64,000 nucleotides of DNA. Source: Hemiscyllium ocellatum. Its lineage: Eukaryota. Both the position numbers and the translations under genes were made by a program. The first letter of the stretch is position 1. The number at the start of each line of letters is the position of its first letter. Positions 12,195 to 25,129 of the stretch are shown here, piece after piece. Under the pieces are notes generated by a model. The model was not told where the DNA came from and did not search any database. It saw only the letters and a program-made list of their open reading frames with translations. The stretch spans positions 38,421,949 through 38,485,948 of the forward strand of contig NC_083438.1 in assembly GCF_020745735.1 (NCBI RefSeq), in the 5' to 3' direction.

Positions 12195-12810
12195 CTGTGA
12201 TCTCCAGCATCTGCAGACCTCATTTTTTACTCGAAGATTTTAACCTACTGCGAATCCTCTTGCAAGGATGCCTTCCTTGAAGAAGCTCTCTTCCTCCCTC
12301 TACAAGGATTTCAGTGAGTCTCTCTCTCACTGTACCCCCCAGGTCATCTCCTCTGCACAGAAGCTCTTCAGCCACATTCTCAAACAGACTCGTTACCACA
12401 GCCACATCTCCTTCCTCAGCACCTGTCTACGGAACCGACTGATCCCGCACGGACTCCGAACTACATTCCAACCAACAAAATTTGGACCCAACCAGGCCTC
12501 ATTTCCCCTCCCCCCACCTTGTCTCAGTCGGTTCCCTCAACTCAGCACCGCCCTCCTAACCTGCAATCTCCTTCCTGACCTCTCCGGCCCCACCCCATTC
12601 CGGCCTATCACCCTCACCTTGACCTCCTTCCACCTATCCCACCTCCATCACCCCTCCCCAAGTCCCTCCTCCCTACCTTTTATCTTAGCCTGCTTGGCAA
12701 ACTCTCTCTCATTCCTGATGAAGGGCTTATGCTCGAAACGTCAAATTTCCTATTCCTGAGATGCTGCCTAACCTGCTGTGCTTTAACCAGCAACACATTT
12801 TCGGCTCTGC
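12195..12810 (+). mobile_element. Internally deleted Penelope-like element (ORF N-terminus plus terminal repeat)
   Basis: Terminal-repeat end tctccagcatctgcagacctca at ~12200; ORF segment RYHSHISFLSTCLRNRLIPHGL resembles PLE N-termini; hammerhead core and terminal repeat at 12711-12810. Confidence 0.7.
12711..12746 (+). ncRNA. Minimal type I hammerhead ribozyme motif
   Basis: CUGAUGA(12715-21)-A-GGGC/UUAU/GCUC-GAAA(12735-38)-CGUC; core intact, stem I has a mismatch at its first pair. Confidence 0.6.
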
Positions 12811-13214
12811 CATTATGCAAGAAAAAGCTTTAGGAACAATCCAGATACCCCAAGAAGGTTCCTGGGGTTTCAAAGAAAGGACACCCGAATACAGGAGAGG
12901 GGTTGGGTCTAGCCTGTCAAACAGAATGAAAGTTGGAGTGGAATTGTGAGGGAGACGTCATCCTCAATGCACTCAGGACCCCATTTCCCCCAAATGAAGT
13001 GCTCCCTCCCTCTTCTTTTCCTACATTTATTTGACTCTGCACACTAGTTCAGTTGACCCTTTATTATTTATTTTCATGTGCTGGATGGGCCGTTGAAACC
13101 GGTGTTATGACTGAGCATAGCGGAGGAGGAAGAAGTGGCGGCCTAACATTTTTCCTGGATGAGGGCAGATAACGTCCAGCCCCACATCTCTATTTGTGCT
13201 TCAGTTTACACGTG

Positions 13215-13430
13215 CAAGGCTTTACCCCCTACCTAACACTACGGACAATTTAGCATGGCCATTTCACCTGACCCACACATCTTTGGATTGTGGGAGGAAA
13301 CCGGAGCACACCCACACAGACACGGGGAGAACGTGCAAACTCCACACAGTCAGTCGCCTGAGGCGGGAACTGAACCTGGGTCTCTGGCGCTGTGAAGCAG
13401 CAGTGCTAACCACTGTGCCACCGTGCCGCC
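13215..13430 (-). mobile_element. HE1-type SINE
   Basis: Core plus tRNA-like head ending ..ccactgtgccaccgtgccgccc. Confidence 0.9.
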
Positions 13431-14714
13431 CACTAATAGGTCTTTCTAATTCACCAGTCTGTGTCCTCCTGAAATCTATCTGTGTCCTCTTCACCATTGA
13501 CTGCTATTTCAAGTTTTGCACCATTTTCAAACTTTGCTTTGAACAATCAATTTGTGGTATTTAAAATAAATGAAGAAATATTGACTCTCAACTGTCTCTG
13601 GAGTGACACCACTTTGTTCCAGTTTAAGAGTAACCATTTACCACCATTCTCTCTTTCGTTTCCTTGCTAATTTCATATCCAGACCATGACTGTTTATTTC
13701 CAAGGGAAACTATGTGGTTTATTTCTCAAAATACTTTGTAAGTTCAGACCACATCACATTAATGAAACTTGTCCATTACTCCATCCAAGATCATTTTTTT
13801 AAGTTAGACGAACAAATTTGCCTTTCATTGATGTAACTGATATTTTCACAAAATGACCATTTTCCATCACTGTAGTTCTCTAAAGGTTCCCCTGCCACTG
13901 ACATTAGGGGAACTTACCATTAGTTCCTGGTTTCCTGATATTACCTTTTTAAACAGTGTTAAATTTCAACCCTTCAGTTCTCTGGCACTGTTCTTCCATC
14001 TAAGGAGGATTGGAATATTCTGACCACAGCCTCGACATTCGTTTCCTCAGCAGTCTTAGGGGCATCTCATCTAACTGGAGGATGTTATTTTTCCTTCAAT
14101 GTCTCAACCAACATTCACCCTTTGAGCATTAATATCAAAACAAATCATCCAGCTGCTGTGAGTACTTGAAGTGCATGAATGAAGATTGATTTTAAAATAA
14201 AGGTCAGGAGGTTGAGAGGGGGTTTGAGGAGATTTATTCACAGGGTGGGAGGAGTCTGGGATGTATTGCCTGGGCAGGTAGTAGAGGTGGGAAACTTCAC
14301 AACTTTGAAAAGATATGTGGATGAGCACTTGGAGATTCAGAACGTTCAAGGCTATGAAGGGACCTGGAGTTGTTTAGTGTAATCCTGGCAATTTAAACTC
14401 AATGAGCCAACATCTGTGTGGGTGGAAATAAGGACATGAGCAATCCTTAACAGCAGAGATTTGACACTCCAGAATACCTCTTCCCCAGAGAACAATATAA
14501 TGGGGTTTAGGGGTCATGGAATGCTCTTAAGGCAGAGGGCAGTTGAGATTGTTTTAATGAATCCGGGAGAAAATTAAAAATCACACAACACCAGGTTATA
14601 ATCCAACAGGTTTATTTGGAAGCAGTAGCTTTGGGAGGTGATTGTGGAGCAGAATCATAAGACACAGAATTTATAGCAACAGGGTCGCAGTGTCACGGAA
14701 TGTAATATTTAATA

Positions 14715-15215
14715 AATTTAGATTAGATTACTTACAGTGTGGAAACAGGCCCTTCGGCCCAACAACTCCACACCGACCCTCCGAAGAGCAACCCACCCAT
14801 ACCCACTCCCCTACATTGACCCCTTCAGCTAACACTACGGGCAATTTAGCACGGCCAATTCACCTAACCCGCACGTTTTTTTTGGGGATTGTGGGAGGAA
14901 ACCGGAGCACAATGAGTCACAGTGATCTTCCAAAGAGAAACCTACCCAGACCCATTCCCCTACTATCCTATATATTCTTGACTGATGCACCTAACCTATG
15001 TATCCCTGAACACTATGGGGCAACTTATTATGGCCAATTCACCTCTCCTACGTGCCTCTGAATTGTGGGAGGAAATCGGAGCACCCGGAGGAAACCCACG
15101 CAGACACGGGGAGAATGTGCAAACTCCACACAGTCAGTCGCCTGAGGCGGGAATTGAACCCGGGTCCCTGGCGCTGGGAGGCAGCAGTGCTAACCACTGG
15201 GCCACCCTGCCGCCC
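14715..15215 (-). mobile_element. Two adjacent HE1-type SINE fragments
   Basis: Tail plus partial core at 14715-14905; second copy with head at ~14935-15215. Confidence 0.85.
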
Positions 15216-15958
15216 GTTTAGCTTAAGTTTTTCATCGTTTCGAATGATCGTGTCAGTTTCGGTTCCTTCCTATGCAAATCCCAGAGCATTTTTGAAGTTA
15301 CATTCTCACGATAGCTTGAACAATAGGTGCCATCCCAATGCAGATAATGCATTGAAGATGTGAAGTTAAAGTCTGCCTGTGCCCCAATGTTAGGTCCCTG
15401 AGGCAGGGAGGTGGTGGTCCAGTGGTATTATCGCCGGATTGATAATGCAGCAATCTAAGTAATGTTCTGGGGAACAGAACCAGAAAATCCGAGAGAAACT
15501 CAACGGGTCTGACATCATCCATGGGAAGAAAGCAGGGATAGCATTTCGGGGTTGATGACATCCTAAGGAAGGTGGGATTGAATTCCACCTGGGGATGTGA
15601 GCTCCATTTTGTGATAAAACAGGGGACTGGAAGGAGGTGTCTAAGGCTGAATTGTTGATTGCTGGAAAAACCCATCTAGGTTCACCAATATCCTTCAGGG
15701 AAGGGAACTACCATCCTTACCTGGTCTGTGCCTACACGTGACTCCAGACCCCACAGCAATGTGGGTGACTCCTGGGCGATTAGGGATGGACAGTTGCTGA
15801 CCAGCGATGCTTACATCCTGTGGATGAGGAACAAAACAAGGCGCATCTCAGAAGCACCATCCTGCAAGAGTCCTCAAAGGGAGGCTGATCTTTGACTCCC
15901 TTAAACATCAGGGCCTCCGTGGGATTGTCCTGTAGAGATCCACCATTAGATTAGCTGT

Positions 15959-16625
15959 TGTTCCAGCACGGGGTAAATACTCCTGCTTAATTTTAACCAG
16001 CAACACAGAAAGGATTTCTCCTGCGCGGTAATCTGTGAAAATTCGAAAGGCCCAACATTACTTAAAGGAAAGATTAACTTTATTTCTTCAAGTTTAACGG
16101 AGAATAATTAACTCACAACTATTTACACCACCTTTCTCTAACCTACCTTTATCTACCCTTCCAGAATACTAGCCCGATAAAACTCCCAATTAAAATTTAC
16201 AAGAAAATTCAAATTTTAAAACCAGCCAATGACTGAATCTTTTCCTTATCGTTAAGTTGGCTCTCCAGGTCAGTGTTGAGATTTTTTTCTCTGTACAAAC
16301 TCCTTCTCTGGACAGGCACCTCTCAGAAAGTTCTGACTAGCAGTCTACAGCTGTTATTCTGGTCGCAGTTCTCCTCCCAACTGTTCAATTTTCCCCGGTC
16401 TTATGCCCCAAAGCATCGGATTGTGTCATTGACTTTTAAGATTGTCAATACTTGACTTGGTATTTTTGGGGGGGGTATAATTTAAACTGATTGGCCTAAT
16501 TTGAATCAGGTTTGTCATTTCCAGACAACTAGCTACCCATGTAGCTGGAGCACACGTGACATTGTGTCTTATTGAGAACATGTGGTGCTGTAACTGATAG
16601 CGTTTACTCTCTTAAAGGTACAATG
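15959..16625. mobile_element. Solo LTR (family of the LTRs at 26310 and 30648)
   Basis: Begins TGTTCCAGCACGGGGTAAA; shares blocks ctcccaattaa, ctcaactgttcaattttccccggtc, gggtataatttaaactgattggcc and ctcttaaaggtac with the paired LTRs. Confidence 0.7.
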
Positions 16626-17499
16626 GTGTTGAAGGAGGGTGTTAAATGCCCTGTTCCTGCTCTGAATTACACTGCGGCTATTCTTCCTGAGTTGTCATAG
16701 ATCTGGATTTTGACAGATTCAGGCAAGTCAAGATGTCAGCTGGGATTGTTGAAGGAGCACGCTGCCTGTGCCTTTAAGAGTCATGGAAGTCGACAGTGTG
16801 AAAACAGGCCCTTCGGCCCAACCTGCCCATGCGACCCATCTTTCACCATCAGTCTCATCCCATTTGCCTGCGTTGGGTCCTTACTCCTCCATACCCATCC
16901 CATCCAAGTCCCTGTCTCTCAAATTATACCAGTCCTCTCTGCTGACTCTGGACGCCCAATCCAAACACTCACCACCCTCTGTCTGAAAACATTTTTCCTC
17001 TGGACCCTCTTCCCTCTCACCTTAAACCTCTTCCATCTGGTTTTAGCTTCCCCCCCATTGCCCCATCACCACAGGGAAAAGCTGTCACATTATTCCATCT
17101 CCCTCATGATTTTATAAACTTCTACAAGGTCACCTCTCAGCCTCCGATGCTCCAGGATACATATCCCCAGACCCTATCCAGCCTCTCCCTTTCTCTCAAA
17201 CTTCTCAACCATCTTTTCTGAACTCTTCCTGGGTTAATAATATCCTTTCGAGAGGAGGGTGACCAAAACTTCACACAATACTCCAAAAGTGACCTTAACC
17301 AACAGTTGCATCAAGACATCCGAACGCCTTTATTCAACGCTCGTCCCTCACCACCATCGAGTATCGGAGTTAGTCCAATGGTACCGCAGTCCGGAGGGTA
17401 GGTACACTCCTCGCTAGGAGAGACACAGTGACTGTTTCTCTCAGAGAATACCCTCTTGCATGGAACTTAACTACAAGACTCATAGAGCGACAATGTGTC

Positions 17500-17677
17500 T
17501 GTGTAAGAGAGAGAGAGAGAAAACCACATGCGCATGACATCTGCCTACATTTTCTGAATTTGTTCCTTCCTCTTTGAAAATTGCAAAACGCATCAATTTC
17601 ATTTTTCCGAAGGTGGGAGTGAGCATCTGGAGGCGCTGGCTGCTTGTGGATATTGAGGAGGCATGTGGAATTGGGAA
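17500..17677 (+). promoter_or_regulatory. Putative proximal promoter / 5' UTR of the nectin-like gene
   Basis: (GA)n, AACCACA (RUNX consensus, 17522-28) and palindrome CATGCGCATG (17527-36, NRF1-like) ~150 bp upstream of the ATG. Motif matches only. Confidence 0.35.
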
Positions 17678-17744
17678 ATGGCTCCGTGGAAAATGACCTC
17701 CATGATGTGGAATACCCTTCTTCCAAGTGTTCTGCTCCTCTCTG
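17678..17744 (+). CDS. Nectin/PVR-family gene, exon 1 (signal peptide)
   Basis: MAPWKMTSMMWNTLLPSVLLLS-G then GTAAGT at 17745; phase 1 joins exon 2 in frame (G+TT=Val). The start ATG could also be 17663 or 17693. Confidence 0.75.
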
Positions 17745-17959
17745 GTAAGTGGACGAGTCCTTCGGGGAGATGTTGGCTGCTAGGCTTTTCGGTAAAGGAA
17801 TTAATTTACTTCCTCCCTCCTCCCGAATTTTACACAACGTCGCTGAGTGGATTGCACCAATATGTTTGCTTCCAGTTGTTGGTCAATAGTGTTCCCCATC
17901 GCTTAATTCCAGTGCAGTGGCTAAGTGTGGGCTGGCATTGAGAGATCGAGCAGAGAGAT

Positions 17960-18420
17960 GGAATCATAGAGATGTACAGCACGGAAACAGACCCTTCGGT
18001 CCATCTCGTTCATGCTGACTCAGATATCCTGACCTAATCTAGTCCCATTTGCCAGCACTTGGCCCATACCCCTCCAAACCCTTCCTAATCATGTTCCCAT
18101 CCAGATGCCTTTTAAATGCTGTCATTGTACCAGCCTCCATCACTTCCTCTGGCAGCTCATTCCATACACGTACCACCCTCTGGGTGAAAAAGTTGCCTCA
18201 TAGGTCTCTTTTAAATTTTTCCCCGCTCACCTATGCCTCTCTAGTTCTGGACTCCCCCACCCGAGAGAAAAGACTTTGCCTATTTACCCTATCCATGCCT
18301 CTCATGATTTTATAAACCTCTATAAGGTCACCCCTCAGCCTCCGACGCTCCAGGGAAAACAGCCCCAGCCTGTTCAGCCTCTCCCTGTGGCTCAGACCCT
18401 CCCACCCCGGCAACATCCTT
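17960..18420 (-). mobile_element. CR1 LINE 3' fragment
   Basis: RMLPGWEGLSHRERLNRLGLFSLERRRLRGDLIEVYKIM on the minus strand plus 3' UTR. Confidence 0.9.
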
Positions 18421-19134
18421 TTCTGAACCAGATGCACTCACCAAGCGGTTTATCTGACTCCATCCAGTGAGGGAATAGTCAACTCAGTGGGTGACTCAGC
18501 GCAAAACGGAGGCCACTCAATCCATCAGGCCTGTGCCGGTCCCTGGAAGAATTTTCCGATTCTCCCCACTGCCCGCTGTTCCCTTCTCACAACACTACCC
18601 CACCCAAGTCCTTCTGCAAATACTCTTTTCTGAACGGTATTCTTACAGAACACAGCAGCTCGTTATGTCTCCTCCTCTTCTCTTGCCCTAACCCCCTGCA
18701 GCTTTTTCTGATCTGCTCAAACTTGAGTCCCTTGAGTGACCAGTCCTTATGCTCTCACCGCCCTGTACCCTGGGTGTACTTTCATGCGACCGTACAGTAC
18801 AGCAGCAATGCTTGAGGTTCCTGGGGCTCTATATGACTTAATATTACTTCCCCCTTTTCCAAAATTCACCATCTCTCACTTCGCTGCATTAAAATCAATC
18901 CGTATATCGGTCCCATCCCATTGGTTTACCCTGCCATCCGGAGTGCGGTTCATGTACAAACTTTAATAGCTTGCCAACCCATGGAAGCCTGGGGCGACGT
19001 GGTGGCTCAGTGGTTAGCACTGCTGCCACCCAGCGCCATGGGCAATTTAGCATGGCCAATTCACCTGACCCGCACATCTTTGGACTGTGGAAGGAAACCG
19101 GAGCACCCAGAGAAAACCCACGCAGATACAGGGA

Positions 19135-19385
19135 NNNNNNNNNNNNNNNNNNNNNNNNNNNNNNNNNNNNNNNNNNNNNNNNNNNNNNNNNNNNNNNNNN
19201 NNNNNNNNNNNNNNNNNNNNNNNNNNNNNNNNNNNNNNNNNNNNNNNNNNNNNNNNNNNNNNNNNNNNNNNNNNNNNNNNNNNNNNNNNNNNNNNNNNNN
19301 NNNNNNNNNNNNNNNNNNNNNNNNNNNNNNNNNNNNNNNNNNNNNNNNNNNNNNNNNNNNNNNNNNNNNNNNNNNNNNNNNNNNN
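19135..19385. other. Assembly gap (251 N)
   Basis: N run; follows a SINE fragment. Confidence 1.
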
Positions 19386-20224
19386 AACAAAATTAGCTCA
19401 AAATCTCAGTGGTTCAGGCAGTGTCCGTGGAGTGAGAACAAGCGAATGTTTTGAGTCGAGATGACTCTTATCAAAGTGCTATCAGATAGGAATGTTTTGA
19501 TTTCAATACAGGCCCCTACATCTGCAATAATTTGAAAAAGAAAGGTAAAGGGGGATAGCGGTAGATAGCTGGACACACACAAAGATACATCTGCCTACAC
19601 ACAGGGAGATATGTAAAGGGAGAGAGTGATGAATAGATAAAGCGACAGATACTTAGATTGACAGATAGATCCACAGATAGATGGATACATAGACAGACCA
19701 ACAGACACACATGAACAGCAGGATAAATGGATTGATAGATAGATAGGCAGACAAACAGATAAAGAAGCAACCAGACAATAAGTGACATTAATTGGCCTGA
19801 AAAGATTCGGCTACTTTGGCTCATTTGGCTTAAAAACTTTCCCGATTACAAATAAGTGAATGACAGTCATCTGCAATTTCCTGTCAGGTCATCAGACGTA
19901 AACAGTCAGTCATTATTCCTGACTGCTTCATGGTCACATTAACCAGCTCCAGAGGACAGGACAGGACAGGACAGGAACATGTGGGCAACGGTGTTTCTTC
20001 AGAGTGCCTTGTGCAGGGTGTGGACTGCTCAATTTCTGACAAGTCGCTTTAGCTTCTGAGAAGAGAGAGGAAGGACGCAGAGAAGGGTGCTTTTTTTTAA
20101 ATACAATGTGGTTCTTGAATTAACTGATCAAAGAGAAAATAGGACCAGAATAGGGGGAAGTAGACTGTGACAATTGTTAAGGAACGGCAGTTCGTTTGGA
20201 TTTGTTCCAATAAGAATCCAGAGA

Positions 20225-21059
20225 AACCCTACGGTGTGGAAACAGGCCCTTCGGCCCAACACATACATACTGGCCCTGCCAAGAGTAACCCACTCAGACC
20301 CATTCCCCTACCATTTACTCAACATTTACCCCTGACTAATGCACCTAACCTCCATATCCCTGAGCACTATGGGATGATTCCCCATGGCCAATCCACCCTA
20401 ACCTGCACATCCCTGGACACTATGGAACAATTTCCCATGGCCAATCCACCCTAACCTGCACATCCCTGGGCACTATGGGACAATTTCCCATGGCCAATCC
20501 ACCCGAACCTGCACATCCCTGGGCACTATGTGACAATTTCCATTGCCAATACACCCTAACCTGCACCTGTGGGCAGCACGGTGGCACAGTGGTTAGCACT
20601 GCTGCCTCACAGCGTCAGAGATCCTGGTTCAATTCCCGCCTCAGGCGACTGACTGTGTGGAGTTTGCACGTTCTCCCCGTGTCTGCGTGGGTTTCCTCCG
20701 GGTGCTCCGGTTTCCTCCCACAGTCACAAAGATGTGCAGGTCAGGTGAATTGGCCATGCTAAATTGCCCGTAGTGTTAGGTAAGGGGTAAATGTAGGGGT
20801 ATGGGTGGGTTGCGCTTCGGCGGGTCAGTGTGGACTTATTGGGCCGAAGGGCCTGTTTCCATACTGTAAGTAATCTAATCTAATCTAATCCCTGGGCACA
20901 CTATGGGACAATTTAGCATGGCCAATCCACCTTAACCTGCACATCCCTGGACACCACGGGACAATTTTCCATGGCCAATCCACCCTGACCTGCACATCGC
21001 TGGACACTATGGGACAATTTCCCATGGCCAATCCACCCTAACCTGCACACCTTTGGACT
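20225..21059 (-). mobile_element. HE1-type SINE with short 53-bp array, interrupted by a second SINE
   Basis: Tail at ~20225-20340; array units at 20360-20565 and 20890-21050; ends at an N gap. Confidence 0.8.
20571..20890 (+). mobile_element. Full-length HE1-type SINE
   Basis: A box TGGCACAGTGG (20582-92), B box GGTTCAATTCC (20626-36), conserved core, CR1-like 3' part, (TAATC)n tail. Confidence 0.92.
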
Positions 21060-21287
21060 NNNNNNNNNNNNNNNNNNNNNNNNNNNNNNNNNNNNNNNNN
21101 NNNNNNNNNNNNNNNNNNNNNNNNNNNNNNNNNNNNNNNNNNNNNNNNNNNNNNNNNNNNNNNNNNNNNNNNNNNNNNNNNNNNNNNNNNNNNNNNNNNN
21201 NNNNNNNNNNNNNNNNNNNNNNNNNNNNNNNNNNNNNNNNNNNNNNNNNNNNNNNNNNNNNNNNNNNNNNNNNNNNNNNNNNNNNNN
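21060..21287. other. Assembly gap (228 N)
   Basis: N run. Confidence 1.
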
Positions 21288-21974
21288 TCTATGTATGTGT
21301 ATTTTTGTGTTGCGCTCTCAGGTCTGTGCCGGTTTGTATCATTGTGGTGAATCACTGCTCCCATATCCCATCCCACTTCCACAGCCTCGTTATTGCCTCA
21401 GTCCCAGGTCATCCTGGTATAACACGATGGCTGCGTTTCTCTGTCACCTGGCACGGCAGAAGATCCCGCTGGATAGGATCGCCAGTAGAAAATCACTCCA
21501 CCCTTTCAGCAGAAAGCTTGCATTATCCAAACAACATCACAATTTGGTGTAGCCAATTTGTGCGGACGAAATGTGCGTTAGAACAGTTGTCCTTGCTCGT
21601 CTGTTGCACGGTCACCTTTCACTGCATATTCTGTTTGCCTTGGTCATCATGCTCACTTCCTCTTCAGAAACCCTCTTCCCGTCGTCTGAAAGAAGAAAAA
21701 AACAGCAAATTGCCATAGGCTTTGGTGTATCTTTCATCTCTATTCTCACACCCATCCTGTCTTTTCCTTGGACTGGTCACTTTGAGATCCCTTTGGCCAG
21801 TCAGCCTTCCCATACACTTTGATTGTCATTAAACTGTATTGAGCTAAACACTTTTGAATTTACACTTCAAGCACCTGAGGGTGTTACAACTTATTCCAGA
21901 AAAAGAACATGCTTTATTTGGAAAGAGGAAGCAAAACTGAAGTTTATTTTAGGTTCGTATCAAGGAACCTAATG

Positions 21975-22830
21975 TTAAGTAACTAAAATGGTACATTTAT
22001 CAAATCTACTCCCAAAGAAGTCATCGAGTCCTACAGCACAGAATCCAAGCAATCTCTGCTGACCCTCACCCCAAGCTAACCTAGTTCCCCCCCACCCCCT
22101 CCACCTGCCTGCTCCTGGCCCACCTCCCTCCAACCCTTTCCTGTTCATGTCCTTATCCAAATCCCTTTTAAACGTTGTAACTGTTCCCACTACCCCCCCC
22201 ACTTCCTCAGGAAGATCATTCCACACAAGGACTACCCTTGCTGTAAAATGTTTGCCTCTTACCATTTTTAAATCTCTCTCCTCTCACCTTAAAAATGTCA
22301 CCCCGTAGTCTTTAAATCCACCACCCTAGGGAAAAGGCAACTGCCACCAACTCTATCTACGCCTGTCATGATTTTATAAACTTCTATCAGGTCGGCTCTC
22401 AATCTCCTATGCTGAAAATGTGATGCTGGAAAAGCGCAACAGGTCAGGCAGCATCCAAGGAACAGGAGATTCGACGTTTCGGGCATAAGCCCTTCTTCTG
22501 AAGAAGGGCTTATGCCCAAAACGTCGAATCTCCTGTTTCTTGGATGCTGCCTGACCTATTGTGCTTTTCCAGCAACACATTTTTCAGCTCTGATCTCCAG
22601 CATCTGCAGACCTCACTTTCTCCTCTCAATCTCCTACGCCCCAGTGAAAAAAGTCCCAGCCTTTCTTTATAACTCCAACCCTCCCATTCCCGGCCACATC
22701 CTTGGGAAACCTCTCCGGAACCCTCCCCAGTTTAATAATATCCTTCCTATAACAGGGCGCCCAGAACTGGACACAGTATTCCAGAAGGGACCTCCCCAAT
22801 GTCCTGTACAACATGACGTCCCCAACTCAA
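21975..22830 (-). mobile_element. Degenerate CR1 3' fragment, interrupted by a fold-back element
   Basis: LYRTLGRSLLEYCVQFWAP and RRLRADLIEVYKIM on the minus strand. Confidence 0.8.
22412..22622. mobile_element. Fold-back PLE terminal-repeat insertion with 16-bp TSD
   Basis: Head-to-head inverted copies; TSD ctctcaatctccta(t/c)g at 22396-22411 and 22623-22638. Confidence 0.8.
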
Positions 22831-23324
22831 AGACATTTGTACAAATTGAGAAAAACTCCTACGTTAGGAACATCCATCATCTTGATCAGAACAGGAATAA
22901 TAACAGGAAGAAACATGGGAAAGGAGAACATAGAGACAGGAGGGGGTCAATCAGGTCTTCAAGTATGCTGCACCATTCAATAGTGTCCATTCCTACCATA
23001 CTTTCTCATTGCTGAGGGAGATTGGATAGAGGCTTTGAAGACAATGGACAGAGTAGATAGAGAGAAGCTGTTCCCACTCACTAAAGGCACAAGAATTACA
23101 TGAAATTCAGGAGATGCACAAATGAAACAAGGATAAGGAAAATGTTTTCCATTAGTGTCAGGCCTGGGAACGCACTACCTGGTCAGCTCAAGCCTGCCAG
23201 ACACCTGGTGAGTGAATTCATCTCGACAGCATGGCTTCGGTTCCTACAGCGGCTGAGATTCTCAAGAAGGTCCTATCTCTAAACATCCCTCCCTGATCTG
23301 ATGCCTGCTAAGGTTAGATCACCA

Positions 23325-23512
23325 GGAGAAAGTGAGGTCTGCAGATGCTGGAGAGCAGAGCTGAAAAATGTGTTGCTGGAAAAGCGCAGCAGGTCAGGCA
23401 GCATCCGAGGAGCAGGAGATTCGACGTGAAGGGCTTATGCCCGAAAGGTTGAATCTCCTGTTCCTTGGATGCTGCCTGACCTGCTGCGCTTTTCCAGCAA
23501 CACATTTTCAGC
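23325..23512. mobile_element. Fold-back PLE terminal-repeat insertion with 15-bp TSD
   Basis: Inverted arms; TSD aaggttag(a/g)tcacca at 23310-23324 and 23513-23527. Confidence 0.8.
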
Positions 23513-24163
23513 AAGGTTAGGTCACCACCACCAGTCATTCCACCCCCCCTCCCCCCCTCTCTAATGAGAGAAGACCTCTCTTTGCAATTTCGCCTCATCT
23601 TCCAACTGAAATCTTCAATTCTGGTACAATATACATAGGATCAGCTCAGATTCAAGGGGCGATGAAGAGGAATTTCTTCTCTCAGAGAGCTGTGAGTCTG
23701 TGGAACCCCTTGGCCCCGAGAGCTGTGGGAGTGTAGAGGCCTTGTGGATATTTGAGGCTGAGATCGAACGATTCTTGCTCGGTCGGGGAATCAAGAGAAA
23801 GGGCAGGAAAATAGTCATGAGGAGTGTGTCAGATGAGCCATGATCTTATTGAATGGGGGAACAGCCTCAGGGATAGAATGGTCTACTCCTGTTCCTCTTT
23901 CCTTATGATCTTATGTATCATAGAGTCATAGAGTTACACTGCATAGGAAACAGTCCCTTCGGTCCCTCCAGTCCTAACCCCAAACTAAACCAGTCCCGCC
24001 TGCCTGCTCCTGACCCATCTCCCTCCAAACCTTTCCTTATCCAAATACCTTTTAAACATTGCAATTGTGTTTTGTTCAGACTCTGTATCTCTGACTCACT
24101 TTGAGTATACGTCCGTCTTCCAATGTCTTTCCCAAATGTGACTTTTCCTGTTGTCTTTCCTAG

Positions 24164-24502
24164 TTCCACCTTGTGTCGTTGGAAACAAGGTCTTCCTCAC
24201 GGCTCTTGTTGGGACCGAGGTACTGATCCCGTGCCAGCTAACACCAGAGAGGGGGAGGTTAGCACTACTTTCCTGGGAAAAAGAACATCAGGAGAAGGCC
24301 ATCGCTGTGTATAGCCCGAGGCTTGGGTTTACTGTCCAAAATGAAAACTATTCCGGACGGATAGAGTTGAGAAACCAATCTGCCCTGGATGCATCAATCC
24401 TAATAAAAGCGTTGGAAATGCAGGATGAGGGGAATTATACCTGTGATCTTGCGATATTCCCTGAAGGAAAACTGAGAAAAGCCATCCATTTAACGATTCT
24501 AG
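24164..24502 (+). CDS. Nectin/PVR-family gene, exon 2 (IgV domain)
   Basis: Acceptor ..ctttcctag, donor GTAGGT at 24503, 339 nt, phase 1-1. LIPC..LSW..AVYSPRLG..DEGNYTC..IFPEG: canonical V-set Cys/Trp/DxGxYxC plus PVR-family AX6G and (T)FP motifs. Confidence 0.93.
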
Positions 24503-24969
24503 GTAGGTACCTTAAATCAGGTCATGGTCAGAGTGGGACCATTCAGCGGGGCCGGATTGGCACAGACCCAGAACTGGTTTGTAGTTTGGAGTTATTATTA
24601 AAATAAAATATAACCCATTGAAATGATATTCCGTTGAAACTCAGGGAAGCAGACTCTAGAATACAGACACTTGTAAGAAGATTTAGTGAGCGAAATGACA
24701 CTGAGTATTTATGAGGAATTGCCCATGTGAATAAATGTCATATTTCTTTCATTTTTATTTTACTTTTTAACATTTTTACTGAAGAGGATAAACATTACTT
24801 TTCTTTTTATTGCTTTGATTAATGTTTGTAACTAAGCCTGAAAAGGAATAAATCTGAGCTGCGCCGGAACAGTTCCGCGTCTAAATGGGTCTGTACCAAA
24901 CCAGCCACGCCAAATTGGCTTTTCCGACTGGGCCTCCACCCGGTCATGTTCCATGTTAACAATATATCC

Positions 24970-25129
24970 NNNNNNNNNNNNNNNNNNNNNNNNNNNNNNN
25001 NNNNNNNNNNNNNNNNNNNNNNNNNNNNNNNNNNNNNNNNNNNNNNNNNNNNNNNNNNNNNNNNNNNNNNNNNNNNNNNNNNNNNNNNNNNNNNNNNNNN
25101 NNNNNNNNNNNNNNNNNNNNNNNNNNNNN
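24970..25129. other. Assembly gap (160 N)
   Basis: N run next to a TG microsatellite. Confidence 1.

Noticed and set aside
14575-14715. Additional PLE-type terminal repeat with a possible hammerhead (similar relics at ~15480-15570 and ~19390-19480)
   Set aside because: The catalytic core is deleted or unrecognisable; treated as relics only.
20571-20645. tRNA gene
   Set aside because: A and B boxes belong to the SINE head and continue directly into the SINE core.
21288-21830. Unique-looking segment with a possible acceptor at ~21321 and hydrophobic ORFs
   Set aside because: No recognisable domain and no clear donor; inclusion in the nectin frame is unsupported.
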